A stretch of DNA of 64,000 nucleotides from Hyaloraphidium curvatum SAG 235-1. Taxonomy: Eukaryota; Fungi; Monoblepharomycota. The notes beneath the pieces are model-generated. The model was not told where the DNA came from. It saw only the letters and a program-made list of their open reading frames with translations, and made no database searches. The position numbers and the translations under genes are program-made. The DNA lies in contig JAIVFI010000033.1 in NCBI GenBank assembly GCA_025558095.1, forward strand, positions 310,001 through 374,000, in the 5' to 3' direction. Positions 34,314-46,090 of this stretch are shown piece by piece; the stretch's first letter is position 1, and every line of letters starts with the position of its first letter.

Positions 34314-37300
34314 ATGGCAGCGGAGGACAAGATGGAAATCGACGGCCGCACGGCCAACGGGGCCGACGACATCGACGACAGCCTGTACTCGCGCCAACTG
34401 TGGGCTCGCACGGAGCACTCGGGCCTGCGCGCGTCTGACCCGGACCTGCCAGATACGTGCTCGGCCACGATGCCATGAGGAAGATGGCCGCGTCGAACGT
34501 GCTCATCGTCGGGATGAAGGGTCTCGGGGTGGAAATCGGTTCGTCGGGTCAGATCTACCCCCGGGGCGTTCCTGACGGACCCTGCAGCCAAGAACGTCGT
34601 GCTGGCGGGCGTCAAGTCCGTGACGATCTTTGATTCCGAGCCGGCCGCGGTGGCGGATCTCTCCTCGCAGTACTTCCTCCGCCCCGATGACATCGGGAAG
34701 CGGAGGGACGCGGTCACCCTGCCTCGCCTGGAGGAGCTCAACGCCTACGTGCCCGTTTCGGTTCTCGAAGGCGAATTCGAGCTGGCGAAGCTGGATAGCT
34801 TCCAGGTACGGCGCCCCAGACGCGCCAACGCCCCTCTTGTGTTTGAGACGCGTCCACCAGGTCGTCGTGGTCACCGAGGTCGGGTTCCCCAGACTCCAGG
34901 AGATCAACGACTATACCCACTCGCGCGGGATCAAGTTCATTGCTGCTCAGACCCGCGGTCTTTTCGGGTAAGTCCTCACTTCAGTACCTGGCCGGAAGGC
35001 TGAGGAGACCCTCCAGTTTCGCGTTCGATGACCTGTGCGAGGGCTTCGTGGTCGAGGACCAAACCGGGGAGGAGCCGTTGACGGGCATGATTGCCGCCGT
35101 GACCAAGGAGAAGGAGGGTATCGTCACCACGCTCGACGAAACGCGGCATGGCCTGGAGGACGGGGACTACGTCACATTCACCGAGATCAAGGGCATGAGC
35201 GAACTGAACGGATGCGCGCCGCGGAAGATCAAGGTTCTCGGTGGGGAAGGCTTCGGGCCGTCGGTTGGCTGGACGAAGTTGACGACAGGCACTGGCAGGA
35301 CCCTACACCTTTAGCATTGGAGACACGTCGGCATTTGGTGACTACGTCTCCGGAGGCATCTTCAATCAGGTCAAGCAGCCCAAGTCTTGGGACTTCGTGC
35401 GTCGTCCTTGCTTGGGAATCGTACATTTGGTGCTGATGTGTCGTTTTCCAGAAACCTCTGCGGGAGGCGATCAAGGCGCCTGAGTTTGTCATCTCGGACT
35501 TCGCCAAGTTCGAGCGACCGGGCCAGACTCTCGTTGGATTCCAGGCCTTGGATGCCTTTGCCGCTCAGCACGGTCGGATGCCGAGGCCGCACAGCGAGGC
35601 CGACGCCGCCGACGTCTTGGCCCGCGCGCACGAAATCAACTCTGCTTTGGGTGACGCCAAGGCCGAGATTCAGGACGATCTGCTCAAGGCACTTTCCTTT
35701 GGCGCCAGCGGGGACATCGTTGCCATGAACGCCGTCATTGGCGGACTTGTGGCGCAGGAGGTTTTGAAGGCCTGCTCGGGCAAGTTCAACCCCATCTACC
35801 AGTTCCTCTTCTTCGACTCGCTGGAGAGCTTGCCAAAGTCGGTGGCCATCACTGAGGAGAACTGCGCTCCCACGGGTAGCCGCTACGATGGGCAGATCGC
35901 GGTCTTTGGGCGCGAGTTCCAGGCGAAGCTCGCCAATGCGCGCGAGTTCCTCGTCGGGGCCGGGGCCATTGGTTGCGAGATGCTGAAGAACTGGGCGCTG
36001 ATGGGCCTCGGATCCGGACCCGAGGGCCAAGTCGTCGTGACGGACATGGACACGATCGAAAAGTCGAACCTGAACCGGCAGTTCCTCTTCAGGCCGTGGG
36101 ATGTGACGAAGCTGAAGTCGGAAACCGCGGCCAACGCCGTCATCGCGATGAACCCGGATCTCAAGGGACACATCAAGGCGTTCCAGGACAGGGTTGGCCC
36201 CGAGACCGAGAACGTCTTCGACGACGACTTCTGGGAGGGATTGACTGCGGTGACGAACGCGTTGGACAACGTCGACGCCCGCAAGTATGTCGACCGGCGC
36301 TGCGTCTTCTACGGCAAGGCGCTTCTGGAATCCGGAACCTTGGGGACGAAGGGGAACACGCAGGTTAGCAGTTGTTCCATTCAAATGCCCTGCCGGATCT
36401 CACTCCTGTACAGGTGATCATTCCCCACGTGACCGAGTCCTACTCTTCTTCTCGCGACCCGCCGGAAAAGTCGATTCCCATTTGCACGCTGAAGAACTTC
36501 CCGAACCAAATCGAGCACTGCATTCAGGTTCGGTTTCCCGCGGGGCTCGTTGTTTTGTCGGGCTTCTCACCTTGGGCTCGCAGTGGTCGCGTGACCTGTT
36601 CGAAGGCCTGTTCAAGCAGCCTGCTGAAAACGTCAACCTGTACCTCAGTCAGCCCAACTACATCGAGCACTTGCTGAAGCAGGGCGGCAACCAGAAGGAG
36701 ACGATCGATCAGATCCACTCTTTCCTCGTCACGCAAAAGGCAATGAGCTTCAACGACTGCATCGCCTGGGCGCGCGTCAAGTTCGAGGAGTACTACGCCA
36801 ACACGATAAAGCAGCTGCTGTACAACTTCCCCAAGGACTCGGTGACCAGTTCCGGCACCCTGTTCTGGTCGGGACCCAAGAGGGCACCGGATCCGGTGGT
36901 TTTCGACCCCAACGACGTGAGTGGCCTCGGTGTACCGGACAGATCTCGTCCTCACTCGCGTGGATCCAGCCCGCGCACATGTCCTTCATAATCAGCGCCG
37001 CGAACCTGCACGCCTTCAACTACGGGCTCAAGGGGGAGACCGACCCGGCGTACTTTGCTTCTGTTCTCCAGAACGTGAACGTGCCCCCGTTCGAGCCGCG
37101 GCAAGGCGTCAAGATTCAGGTCAACGAGAACGAGAATGTTCAGCAGGCCGCGCCGGGTAGGTGGACGGCACCCATGTTCCTCGGCGGCGTCTAACCCGCC
37201 TTCGCCGCAGACGAGGATGAGATTCAGACTCTCATCAACGCCCTTCCCCCTCCGTCGAGCTTGGCGGGCTACAGGCTCAGCCCGGTCGAGTTCGAGAAGG

Positions 37301-38009
37301 ACGACGACACCAACTTCCACATTGACTTCATCACCGCCGCCTCCAACCTCCGTGCCATCAACTACGGCATCGCCACCGCCGACCGGCACAAGACCAAGTT
37401 CATCGCCGGAAAGATCATCCCCGCCATTGCCACGACTACTGCTCTCGTCACGGGCCTCGTGTGCTTGGAGCTTTACAAGGTGCGGTGTTGCGTGGTTGCC
37501 GCGGCGATCCGGCTCTGACAAGGACCTGGGCAGGTGCTCGACGGCAGAACAAAGATCGAGGACTACAAGAACGGCTTCGTCAACCTTGCCCTGCCGTTTT
37601 TCGGCTTCTCGGAACCCATCGCCCCTCCCAAGATGAAGTACAACGACGCCGAGTTCACGCTCTGGGACCGCTTCGACGTCAAGGGCGACCTGACACTGCA
37701 GGAGCTGATTGACTACTTCAAGAAGGAGCACGAGCTTGAGATCACGATGCTGTCATGCGGGGTGTCGATGCTCTACACCTTCTTCAAACCGAAGAAGCAG
37801 ATGGACGAGCGGAAAGTGATGAAGTGCGTGCTTCGGAGCGATGTCGAGGATCCGCCTAACCGCATCTCGGCAGGATTTCTGCGCTGGTGGAGCAAATCTC
37901 CAAGAAGCCGATACCCGATTACGTCAAGTCGCTGGTCCTGGAGATGTGCGTCAACGACCGAGAGGGCGAGGACGCAGAAGTGCCGTACTGCAAGCTGCAT
38001 TTCCGGTGA
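34314..38009 (+). CDS. UBA1: Ubiquitin-activating enzyme E1
   Basis: [37 protein letters not shown], active-site [28 protein letters not shown]; about 12 introns. Confidence 0.98.
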
Positions 38010-38134
38010 CGGACGAAAAACGGGGGCTCTGTCGGCAGGCCGACAACATACCTAAACCCACGTGGTACATAGACTGAGCTGCAGCACCTCCTCCCGAGGC
38101 TCATTCTTTCCCCGTGGGCGAAGCCGCCGCAATG

Positions 38135-38566
38135 TCACGCCCCTCGTCCTCGGCCGCGATCGCCGCCGCCTCCACGTCCGCCGCGGAACCCTCCGCGGCC
38201 ACCTCCCCCGCCGCCCCCGCCGCGGCCGCCCTGTCGCCGTTCCCGCTCGCGTGCCCGCTGATCTTCCTTCACCAGGTCCATAATCTCGTCCGGCACGCGC
38301 AGGTACTTGATCGACGAGCCCCGGATGTAGCACTCTGGTAACCGGAAGAACTTCTCGCCGTCCGGGGACGTGAGAATGACCTCGCGCAGGTTGATGTTCA
38401 TCCAAGGATCGCAGCTGACAAGATGACCGTTGTAGGTCTCGCCGGACTTCAGTTCCACGAGGCACGGGTGGCCCTTGGGGAGAGACGCGTCAAGCTTCCC
38501 GGCTCGCGACCCCGCTCGGCGACGAATCCTCACAACGGCCGTGTTTAGAAGCGAAAGAGGAAGCAT
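38135..38566 (-). CDS. LSM4: U6 snRNA-associated Sm-like protein Lsm4
   Basis: [47 protein letters not shown]-rich tail. Confidence 0.95.
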   Translation of the reverse strand: MLPLSLLNTAVVRIRRRAGSRAGKLDASLPKGHPCLVELKSGETYNGHLVSCDPWMNINLREVILTSPDGEKFFRLPECYIRGSSIKYLRVPDEIMDLVKEDQRARERERRQGGRGGGGGGGGRGGFRGGRGGGGDRGRGRGA

Positions 38567-38730
38567 AGCTGCCTTTCCCCGGACTTCTACCGTCCAAGAC
38601 GCGTCCGGAAGACTGCGCAGTTGGTGCGCGCGCGATCCGCGACTGGTGTCGACCCGCCCCCGTCAAATCGCAAACATCTTCACCTGCCGGCGGCGCACCG
38701 GTCGCAGCGAGGCATTCGGACTCGTTCGGC

Positions 38731-39736
38731 ATGTCGCTGACACCGGCCGCCATTTCGAAGCTGAAGGTCGCGGAGCTGAAGGAGCACCTTGCGTCGAGAA
38801 ATCTCTCCACCGATGGGAAAAAGGACGAGCTAGTCGCGCGGCTGCAAAAGGCCGTGGAGGAGGACGAAGCAGGTAAGAGCGCCCCGGAAGGAGCGGAGGA
38901 GGAGGGAGCGGCAGGTAGCGAGGAGGGAGCTGTGGCACCGGAGGGGCTTCCGGAGACGTGGGTTCGCAACGTGTCCCGCCCGCGTCGTGGGCTTACCGCC
39001 CTTCTCAGCGCCGGCGGGGACCGGAAAGAGGGGGCAGGCGACGATTCTAAGCCGGACGCGGAGGCTTCCGAGTCCTCGGCCCCGAGGAAGTTTGCGCCCA
39101 TCCAATGGGTCGCGCCCGAACCCTCTGCCAAGCCGACAAACGGCGCGGCGCCAGTCGAGAAGGAGGCCGATGCCGGCAAGGCCGGCGAGAAGCCCTTCTC
39201 GCAAATGACGGAGTCTGAGAAGATCATCGCGAGGGCGAAGAAGTACGGGATGCCGGTGGACGAGAAGCTGCTGGCGCAGGCGAAGCTGGAGGAGCGGGCC
39301 AAGCGCTTCAACATTGAGAAGTCAGCCGCGGCCGCAGGTTCGTGTGCGACCCCTTCGTTTCGAGGTTTTGGTGCTGATTTGCCCTGCAGCTGCAGACGCC
39401 TCGAGCGCGAGTGGGGCCCCGCAAGGCGGTAAACCTCAGGGCGGCAAGCCCGCGGCTGCAGTCGACCCAGAGGTGCTCAAGAAGCGCCAGGAACGCTTCG
39501 GGACGGTCACGGCGGAGGCTTCCAAGACGGTGGCCGACGGTGGGCCTGTCGCTGCCCGGAGCGTGATCGAGGGTCTAACGGGTCCAACAGCGGACGAACT
39601 GGAACGCCGCAAGCGGCGGGCGGAAAAGTTCGGCGTTCAGGAGCCCGTTCAGGTTGGTTTGGCGCGATCTTCGTCGCTTGTCTCTTCTAACGCCCCGAAA
39701 CAGGATACGTTCTACAAGAAGAAGCGTCGCCATTGA
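38731..39736 (+). CDS. SARNP: SAP-domain mRNP protein Tho1/SARNP
   Basis: SAP box LKVAELKEHLASRNLSTDGKKDELVARL; repeated RAKKYG / RAKRF / RQERFG / RAEKFG motifs. Confidence 0.85.
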
Positions 39737-40027
39737 TCGGCTACCTCCAGGAACGGTGTATAGCTTGAATGAAATGTATTCCTTGTTCCAATGCCTCGAA
39801 GCCGAGACTTCGTTGACTGTGCGGGTTGGTGCAGATACCCACCCTGCCTACCCACGCGCGGGTCTGTCCACAACCCGAGACGCCACCTCGCCTCACGCAA
39901 CGCATCGCCTCGTCGCCTCCCGTGCGAGTCGCCCGCTTAGCGCATCTTCAGACTCTGCGGCCATAGCCGCCTTCTGAAACCGCCCCGCTGCAGAGATTGG
40001 CGGAGGCGCCCCCGGGCTGCGGCGGCG

Positions 40028-41698
40028 ATGTCGGCCTCCAACGTCTATCTCTTCGTCAGCGCGCCAGCGGACCCGACGAGGGTGGGTCCCGGGCGCGGAC
40101 GCGATGCAGCGAATCTTCTCACGCACGGATCTCCGGCCGCCAGAATGACACGGCGAACAAGTTGAAGGACAAGCTTGGGAGCGCGGCCGAGGTCCAACCC
40201 TTCAACCTCCCCGAGTTCAAGGTCGGCCAGCCGCGGGTCGCGTGCCGATTACGGCGCTGACGATGCGCCGTCTGCCACCCAGATTGGTACCTTGGACACA
40301 CTGGTGGTGCTGTCGGATGACCTGGGGAAGGCGGACACGGTGGCGGAGACGGTGGCGACGAAGCTGGCCGAGTCGCTGCGCTCGCTCCTCAACAACGACA
40401 TGGAGCAGTGGAGACAGAACCTTACCGTGGCCGACAGTGGGTGCAAGCCGGCCTTGTCGGGCATGGGACCCGGCGCCACAGAGCTGCGACTGAGCACCGG
40501 TTCCTTACAGAACCCGTGGACGCCTACATCAAGGGCTTCCAGTGGAATTCGATGAAGTACCGGACCGACAAGACGCTGCGGGAACTCTGCGACACCATCA
40601 ACCTGGAGGTCAACAACATCGACACGCTCATGAAGGGCAAGCTCCAGCAGTACACCCAGGTCAAGACGCAGTTGGGCGCCATGCAGCGCAAGAACACGTG
40701 AGTAGCGGGGCCTGATTCGCCGACGTAGCTTGCTCAACGGATTGGCCAGCGGCAACCTGTCGATTCGCAACCTGAGCGACGTTGTCAAGAAGGAGGACTT
40801 CGTGCTCGATTCCGAATACCTCACCACTGTTTGCGTCGCGGTTCCCAAGTACGTCCTGGAACGGTGGTTCCTTTCTTGATAGCGGTGCTGATGCCCTCTT
40901 CAGGGCATTGAACAAGCTGTGGAGCGACACGTACGAAACCCTCACGGAGATGGTTGTGCCTCGGTCTAGCAGGTAGGCTCGGGAGCATGTTTCCCCGACT
41001 TCGGGCACAGCTACATGGCGCTCGGTTCTGCACAGGCTCATCGCCGAGGACGACGAGTTTTCGCTGTACACCGTCACCCTCTTCCAACGTGTGCTGGACG
41101 AGTTCACCACCAAGGCGCGGGAGAAGAGGTTCATCGTCCGCGACTTCAAATGGAACGAGTCGCAGATCCAGCAGGATAAGAAGGAGCTGGCCGAGATCAC
41201 TGGGACCGAGAAGGAGCTCTGGGTCAGTGGGATCTCATCGCGGTGTTGCCACGAAACTGATCCCTCCGCGCAGTCCAACCTGCTCCGGCTATCGAAAACC
41301 AACTTTGGCGAGGTATTTTCTTCTTGGATCCACATCAAGGCCCTCCGCCTGTATGTGGAGTCGATCTTGCGCTACGGGCTGCCGCCGGACTTCCAGCCCA
41401 TGGTGGTCAAGGTGGGCCGGGAAGCTTGGATCTCGCTGCCGGTTGCTAACGCTCGTTGTTCTTCTAGCCGGCGCCGAAACAGGAGAAGAAGGTCCGAGAT
41501 CTGATGGCGGCGCAATTTGCTCATCTCGCCGGCGGGTCGCGCAGCTCAACGGCGGGCGGCAAGAAGGGCGCCAAGAAGGCAAAGGAGGAGGACTTTGCCA
41601 TGGACGAGAACATCCAGATGCTGCTCGGAGGAGACAAGGACTACTTCCCCTACGTCTCCTTTACTGCAACGTGGGATTTGGGGGCGACGGGCAAGTGA
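40028..41698 (+). CDS. VMA5: V-type ATPase V1 subunit C
   Basis: [67 protein letters not shown]. Confidence 0.97.
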
Positions 41699-41899
41699 GC
41701 TGATGACAGGGAAGGGAGGCTGCCGCCGCCAGCAGCGTAATGGTTCGGGCGGTACCTTAGAGGTCTAGTGTAGATCACATTGCTCTGCGATTTGGGTCTT
41801 TATCTCCTCGGAAGTGCTGGGTCTCTCGTTCGCCGTCTTGGTTGGGCGCGCTCTGATCAGTAGGATCGTCTCGTCCCACCACCCCGCCGATCCGCGTCC

Positions 41900-43273
41900 A
41901 TGGCGTCTTCGGACGCCAACGGGGATTCATCGATGCCCGCAAATGGAAACGGCGGATCCGCTGCGGCTGCACCGGTGTCCGCTTATGGACACGGTGGAGC
42001 CCCCGAAGCTGCGTTCGCGCCCCGGAGGGCCCTCCCCGCCAAGGGCTCCGCCGACGCGCCCGGCTCCTCCATGACCCTCCTGAAACGATCCCTGGGCAAG
42101 GATCTCGGCAAAATCAGCATGCCGGTGACGGTTGCGGAGCCGCTGTCGCTCCTGCAGAAGCTGGCGGAGCAGTTTGACTACTGCGAGCTCCTGGAACGCG
42201 CGGCGTCCATCTCGGGATCGCCGCATTCCCGCGCCCTGTACGTTGCCGCGTTCGCGGTGTCGTCGCTTTCCTCGCAGGCGCGTCGGACGAGCCGGAAGCC
42301 GTTCAACCCGCTGCTGGGGGAGACATACGAACTCATCCGGAAGGACAGGAAACTGCGTTTTCTCGCCGAGAAAACGGTCCACCATCCGACAACGGTGGCG
42401 TGGCACGCCGAGTGCACCGACCTCGTGGGCGGGGAGGGACCTGCGGCGAACCAGCCGCGATGGTCAGCTTGGCAGGACTACGAGGTTCACAGCGTTTTCA
42501 AAGGGACATTCGTGGAAGTGCTCCAGAAGGGCTCCCCGGTGCACGTGACGCTCCGTGGTATACCGGACAAGGAACCGGGCTTCGAGGAGCGGTATATCTA
42601 TCTGCCCCCCGACGCGAGGGTCGTCAACATCATGGCCGGAACCCGGACCCTGGAGTACGTGGGCGCCCTGGAGGTGCTCAACCTTGCCACGCGGGACGTG
42701 GTCGTCGTCGAGTTCCGGGAGGGAGCGAGCAACGGCCAGAAGCGGACGTTTTCGGGGGCGGTGAAGAACTCCAAGTACGTCGACATCGTCGGCATCGAGG
42801 GCACCTGGGATCGGGCCATGTCGCTCGTCGACCCGTCCAAAAAGAACCCGCCGCGGACGGTGTGGCGAGCCAGGGACTTCCCGCCGGATTCGGCAGAGAA
42901 CTGGTACGGATTCAGCACCTTCGCGATGCAGCTGAACGAAATCACGCCCGACATGGTGGGCCGCCTCCCGCGGACGGACTCCCGGCTGCGGCCGGACCAG
43001 CGGCTGCTCGAGGAGGGTCGCGTCGACGACGCGGAGAAGGAGAAGCAGCGCCTGGAGACGCTGCAGCGCGAGCGGCGCAAAGCGATGGAGGCGCGCGGCG
43101 AGGCCTGGCGGCCGCGGTGGTTCTCGCGGCGTCAGGATACGTACCGCCACATCTTCGAGGAGGGGAAGGAGAAGCCTGGTGCGTTGCCGATGTCGTGGCA
43201 GTATGATGGTGGCTATTGGGAGGCGAGGGAGATGGGGTGGGACAAGGTGCCCGATTTGCCCGACTTGTGGTGA
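41900..43273 (+). CDS. Oxysterol-binding protein family (ORD only), intronless
   Basis: GKDLGKISMPV, EPLSLLQ, KPFNPLLGETYE, EKTVHHP, LPRTDSRLRPDQR, EKQRLETLQR. Confidence 0.93.
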   Translation: MASSDANGDSSMPANGNGGSAAAAPVSAYGHGGAPEAAFAPRRALPAKGSADAPGSSMTLLKRSLGKDLGKISMPVTVAEPLSLLQKLAEQFDYCELLERAASISGSPHSRALYVAAFAVSSLSSQARRTSRKPFNPLLGETYELIRKDRKLRFLAEKTVHHPTTVAWHAECTDLVGGEGPAANQPRWSAWQDYEVHSVFKGTFVEVLQKGSPVHVTLRGIPDKEPGFEERYIYLPPDARVVNIMAGTRTLEYVGALEVLNLATRDVVVVEFREGASNGQKRTFSGAVKNSKYVDIVGIEGTWDRAMSLVDPSKKNPPRTVWRARDFPPDSAENWYGFSTFAMQLNEITPDMVGRLPRTDSRLRPDQRLLEEGRVDDAEKEKQRLETLQRERRKAMEARGEAWRPRWFSRRQDTYRHIFEEGKEKPGALPMSWQYDGGYWEAREMGWDKVPDLPDLW

Positions 43274-43403
43274 TGTCGTTGCGACGCTTTTGACAGTTGC
43301 GGGCTATTCTTCGTAATGTTGTCTAATTCTATTGGGCACAGACGGGAAGAGGTCCTCTGCGCCGCTTTGGCCGAGCATCCACTGCCCTCCGCCCGTCCGG
43401 TCC

Positions 43404-44127
43404 TCAGGCAGCATACCTGGCGTTCTCGGCCACTGCAGGACGGCCGAGCGTCAGTCTGCGCGGCCTATAAGCAACTCAAGGCACCCACCCCTCGCGGAGC
43501 ACTGCTTGAGCAAGTCTAGGTAGACCTGGCACGCGCTGATATCGTTGCTGCTCTTCTGCAGGCACTCGACGAAGCGCTGGTTGTCGGCCGCGCAGGGGTC
43601 GACGGCGAAGCCCTGCGCCGGGGCCGCCTGGGCCTGGACGGGGGCGGCCTCGACAGCGTGGTGCGACGAGCCGCCGAAGAGGGCGTTGCTCAGGCCGTGG
43701 CCGATGGTGTGGCCGACTGCGGTGGCGGCGTCAGGCGCGACGGAGACGGATCGGCCAATCAGCACGTACCAGCGACACCGGCGGCGGCTGCAGGTGTAAT
43801 GCGTGCGCGATGCGGTCAGGAAGGGTAGAAAAGTGAAAGAGAAGGGGGAGGATGGCGATGGGGCGGGCCGGAGTTAGATCTGGGGCGGGCGGCGCGGGGA
43901 CGCCGCCACGCACTCGACGCCATCTGGCCGAACAGGCCGGGGCCCGACGACTGCTGGTACGGCACCGGCGGCGCGGCGGCGGGCACCGGCGCGGGCACCG
44001 ACGTCGACGCGGGGCGCGACTGCGGCGCGGTGTTCACCGGCTTGCTGGGCGCGGGCGCGGAGCGCTGGCGGCGGGGCTGCGGGGACGTCAGCGGGGCACC
44101 GGCGAATGCAGCTGCTTGCCGCACCAT
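43404..44127 (-). CDS. MIX17: CHCHD2/CHCHD10/Mix17 twin CX9C protein
   Basis: ATG-only first exon; PGLFGQMASTAAGVAVGHTIGHG; CAADNQRFVEC...CQVYLDLLKQC; 18-nt microexon at 43770-43787. Confidence 0.92.
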
Positions 44128-44379
44128 CGTTGGCTGCGGCGGGCGAGGGCGAGGCAGGAACGGGGTTGCGGGGCGCTGTTGATGCCTGGCGTCGCGCCGC
44201 GGATCCAACATCGCCGTTCTAACGCTTTCGCTGGCTGTTCTGGCTCATCAGGACCATCCGCGTGCCTCCAGAGCCCGCATCATGCGATGGTGAGATCCAT
44301 CCAACCTACAGACCGGCGATCGCTGCGCCGGGGCCGCGATTCGCTGGCTTACCACCCCCTTCCCCAGACGGCTCCAGCA

Positions 44380-45154
44380 ATGTCCCCCTGGACCTCGAGC
44401 CTTATCAGAGGACTGGAAGCCAGTTTTGTGGAACTAGGATCGTCGACCAAGGCTGCCCAGATGGAGAAGTACATGAAGAACATAGCACCGTTCTACGGCG
44501 TGCAGACACCGGAGATGAGGAAGGTCAGTCGTGTATCTCTCTGTAGCTCTGGTTTTCTAGACTCTGGTCCTCCCAAAGACGGTCAAGTTTGTGCTGGAAG
44601 ATTGCGGCGACCCTTCCCCAGCGGAACTCCGGGAGGCCGTATCGACCCTGCTGGCCAAACCGCAGCGGGAGTTGCACTACGCCTCGATCGAGATCGCGGG
44701 GAAATGCTGGCGCTCTCTTGCCGTCACCGATCTCGTGCCCTTCGCGGAGGAGATCCTGACCACCAAACCCTGGTGGGATACGGTCGACGCAGCCGGCACG
44801 GCTCTGGTTACTCCGATGGTCAAGGCCAATCCCGCCTTTGTCGAGGACATGCGACGGTGGCTCCGCTCGGGGGACACGTGGCTGGCCCGGGCGGCGATCC
44901 AGCACCAGCGGGGCAAGAAGAAGGAGACGGACGTGCCCCTGCTCGTGGAGTTTTGCCACGAGAGGGCCGGGGACAAGGAGTTCTGGATCGCAAAGGCGGT
45001 CGGGTGGGCGCTGCGCGATTTGGCGTGGATAGACGCAAAAGCGGCGAGGAAGTTCGTGAAGGACCACCCCGGGCTGCCGCCGGTGGCCAAGAGGGAGGCG
45101 GAGCGCGGGCTGGCAGGAGCCGGCAAGCCTGGTGCCAAAAGGCCGGGGTTCTGA
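44380..45154 (+). CDS. alkD: AlkD-like HEAT-repeat DNA alkylation repair glycosylase
   Basis: YMKNIAPFYGVQTPE, PQRELHYA, WWDTVD, WLARAAIQHQ, KEFWIAKAVGWALRD; 1 intron. Confidence 0.88.
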
Positions 45155-45215
45155 AGTCTGTCAGGGTATCGTGTTGAATGCTCAATCATGGCCAAATTGA
45201 CGTATATTACGCATT

Positions 45216-46023
45216 CTAGAGGTCCAAATCGAAAACAGATTGGGTAGGCTCCTGGGGTCGCAGTATCTCCACGGGTGCGTGGTGCTCCGGTTTGACTTCT
45301 GAACGGGGAAAAGGAAGTCACCTTCCGACCCGACCCCCGACCTGAGGTGCTTCTACCTTCGACCGGCTTTTCATGCACCGGTGCCGAGACCTCCGGAAGC
45401 TGTCCGCCCGCCAGCTGGATCTGCATCAGGATGCTCCGCCGGATCTCGCCGTCTACCGGGATCGGGGGCCTGCTGAAGGCCAAAGGGTGGGCAGCGGCGA
45501 CGTCCGGGGGAGCCGACGTGTACGGCGTTATTCGTCTCGCGTGCGCGAGCAGGGTTTTGTAGTCCAGAGGCTCTGTTGCGGGTGGAACAGATTCAGCACA
45601 GGTCTCGAGCCGGAACGTACGCGCCCGGCCCACCGCTCTGTGCCTGCCGCACGTCGTCCACCTTCTGCTTTGTCGCGCGCAGCACGGCCTCGAGCTTGCT
45701 CTCCGCCTGCTCGAGCTTGCGCACCAGCGCGATGACCGCAACCGCGTACCCCTCCGTCTTCCCCCGGACAAACTCCATCTCGCGCTGCAGCTCGGCCCGT
45801 TCGGCTGCCGGGCACCAGATCGATCACTTTCGAGCCCCAGCAGGTTGGAAGAGGGCCACCCACGGCTGGCCTCCGGCCCGGAGTCCAGCGCGTCGATCCG
45901 CGCCTGCAGCGCGCCGACGGCCGCGACCCCGGCCCGCCGCTCGGCGATGAGATCGTTCGCGACCCGCAGCGCCTCGGCGAGGCGGTAGTGGTCGTCGACC
46001 GTCTGAGCAGCCTCGGCGTCCAT
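45216..46023 (-). CDS. MED4: Mediator subunit Med4
   Basis: Coiled-coil, then LDYKTLLAHARRITPYTSAP...PPIPVDGEIRRS and C-terminal FDLDL*. Confidence 0.78.
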
Positions 46024-46090
46024 CGTCGCTTCGATCGCGCTGGCGACGAGTCCGAACCAGTTCTCAGAAACCCCGAGACGGTCTCTCGCC

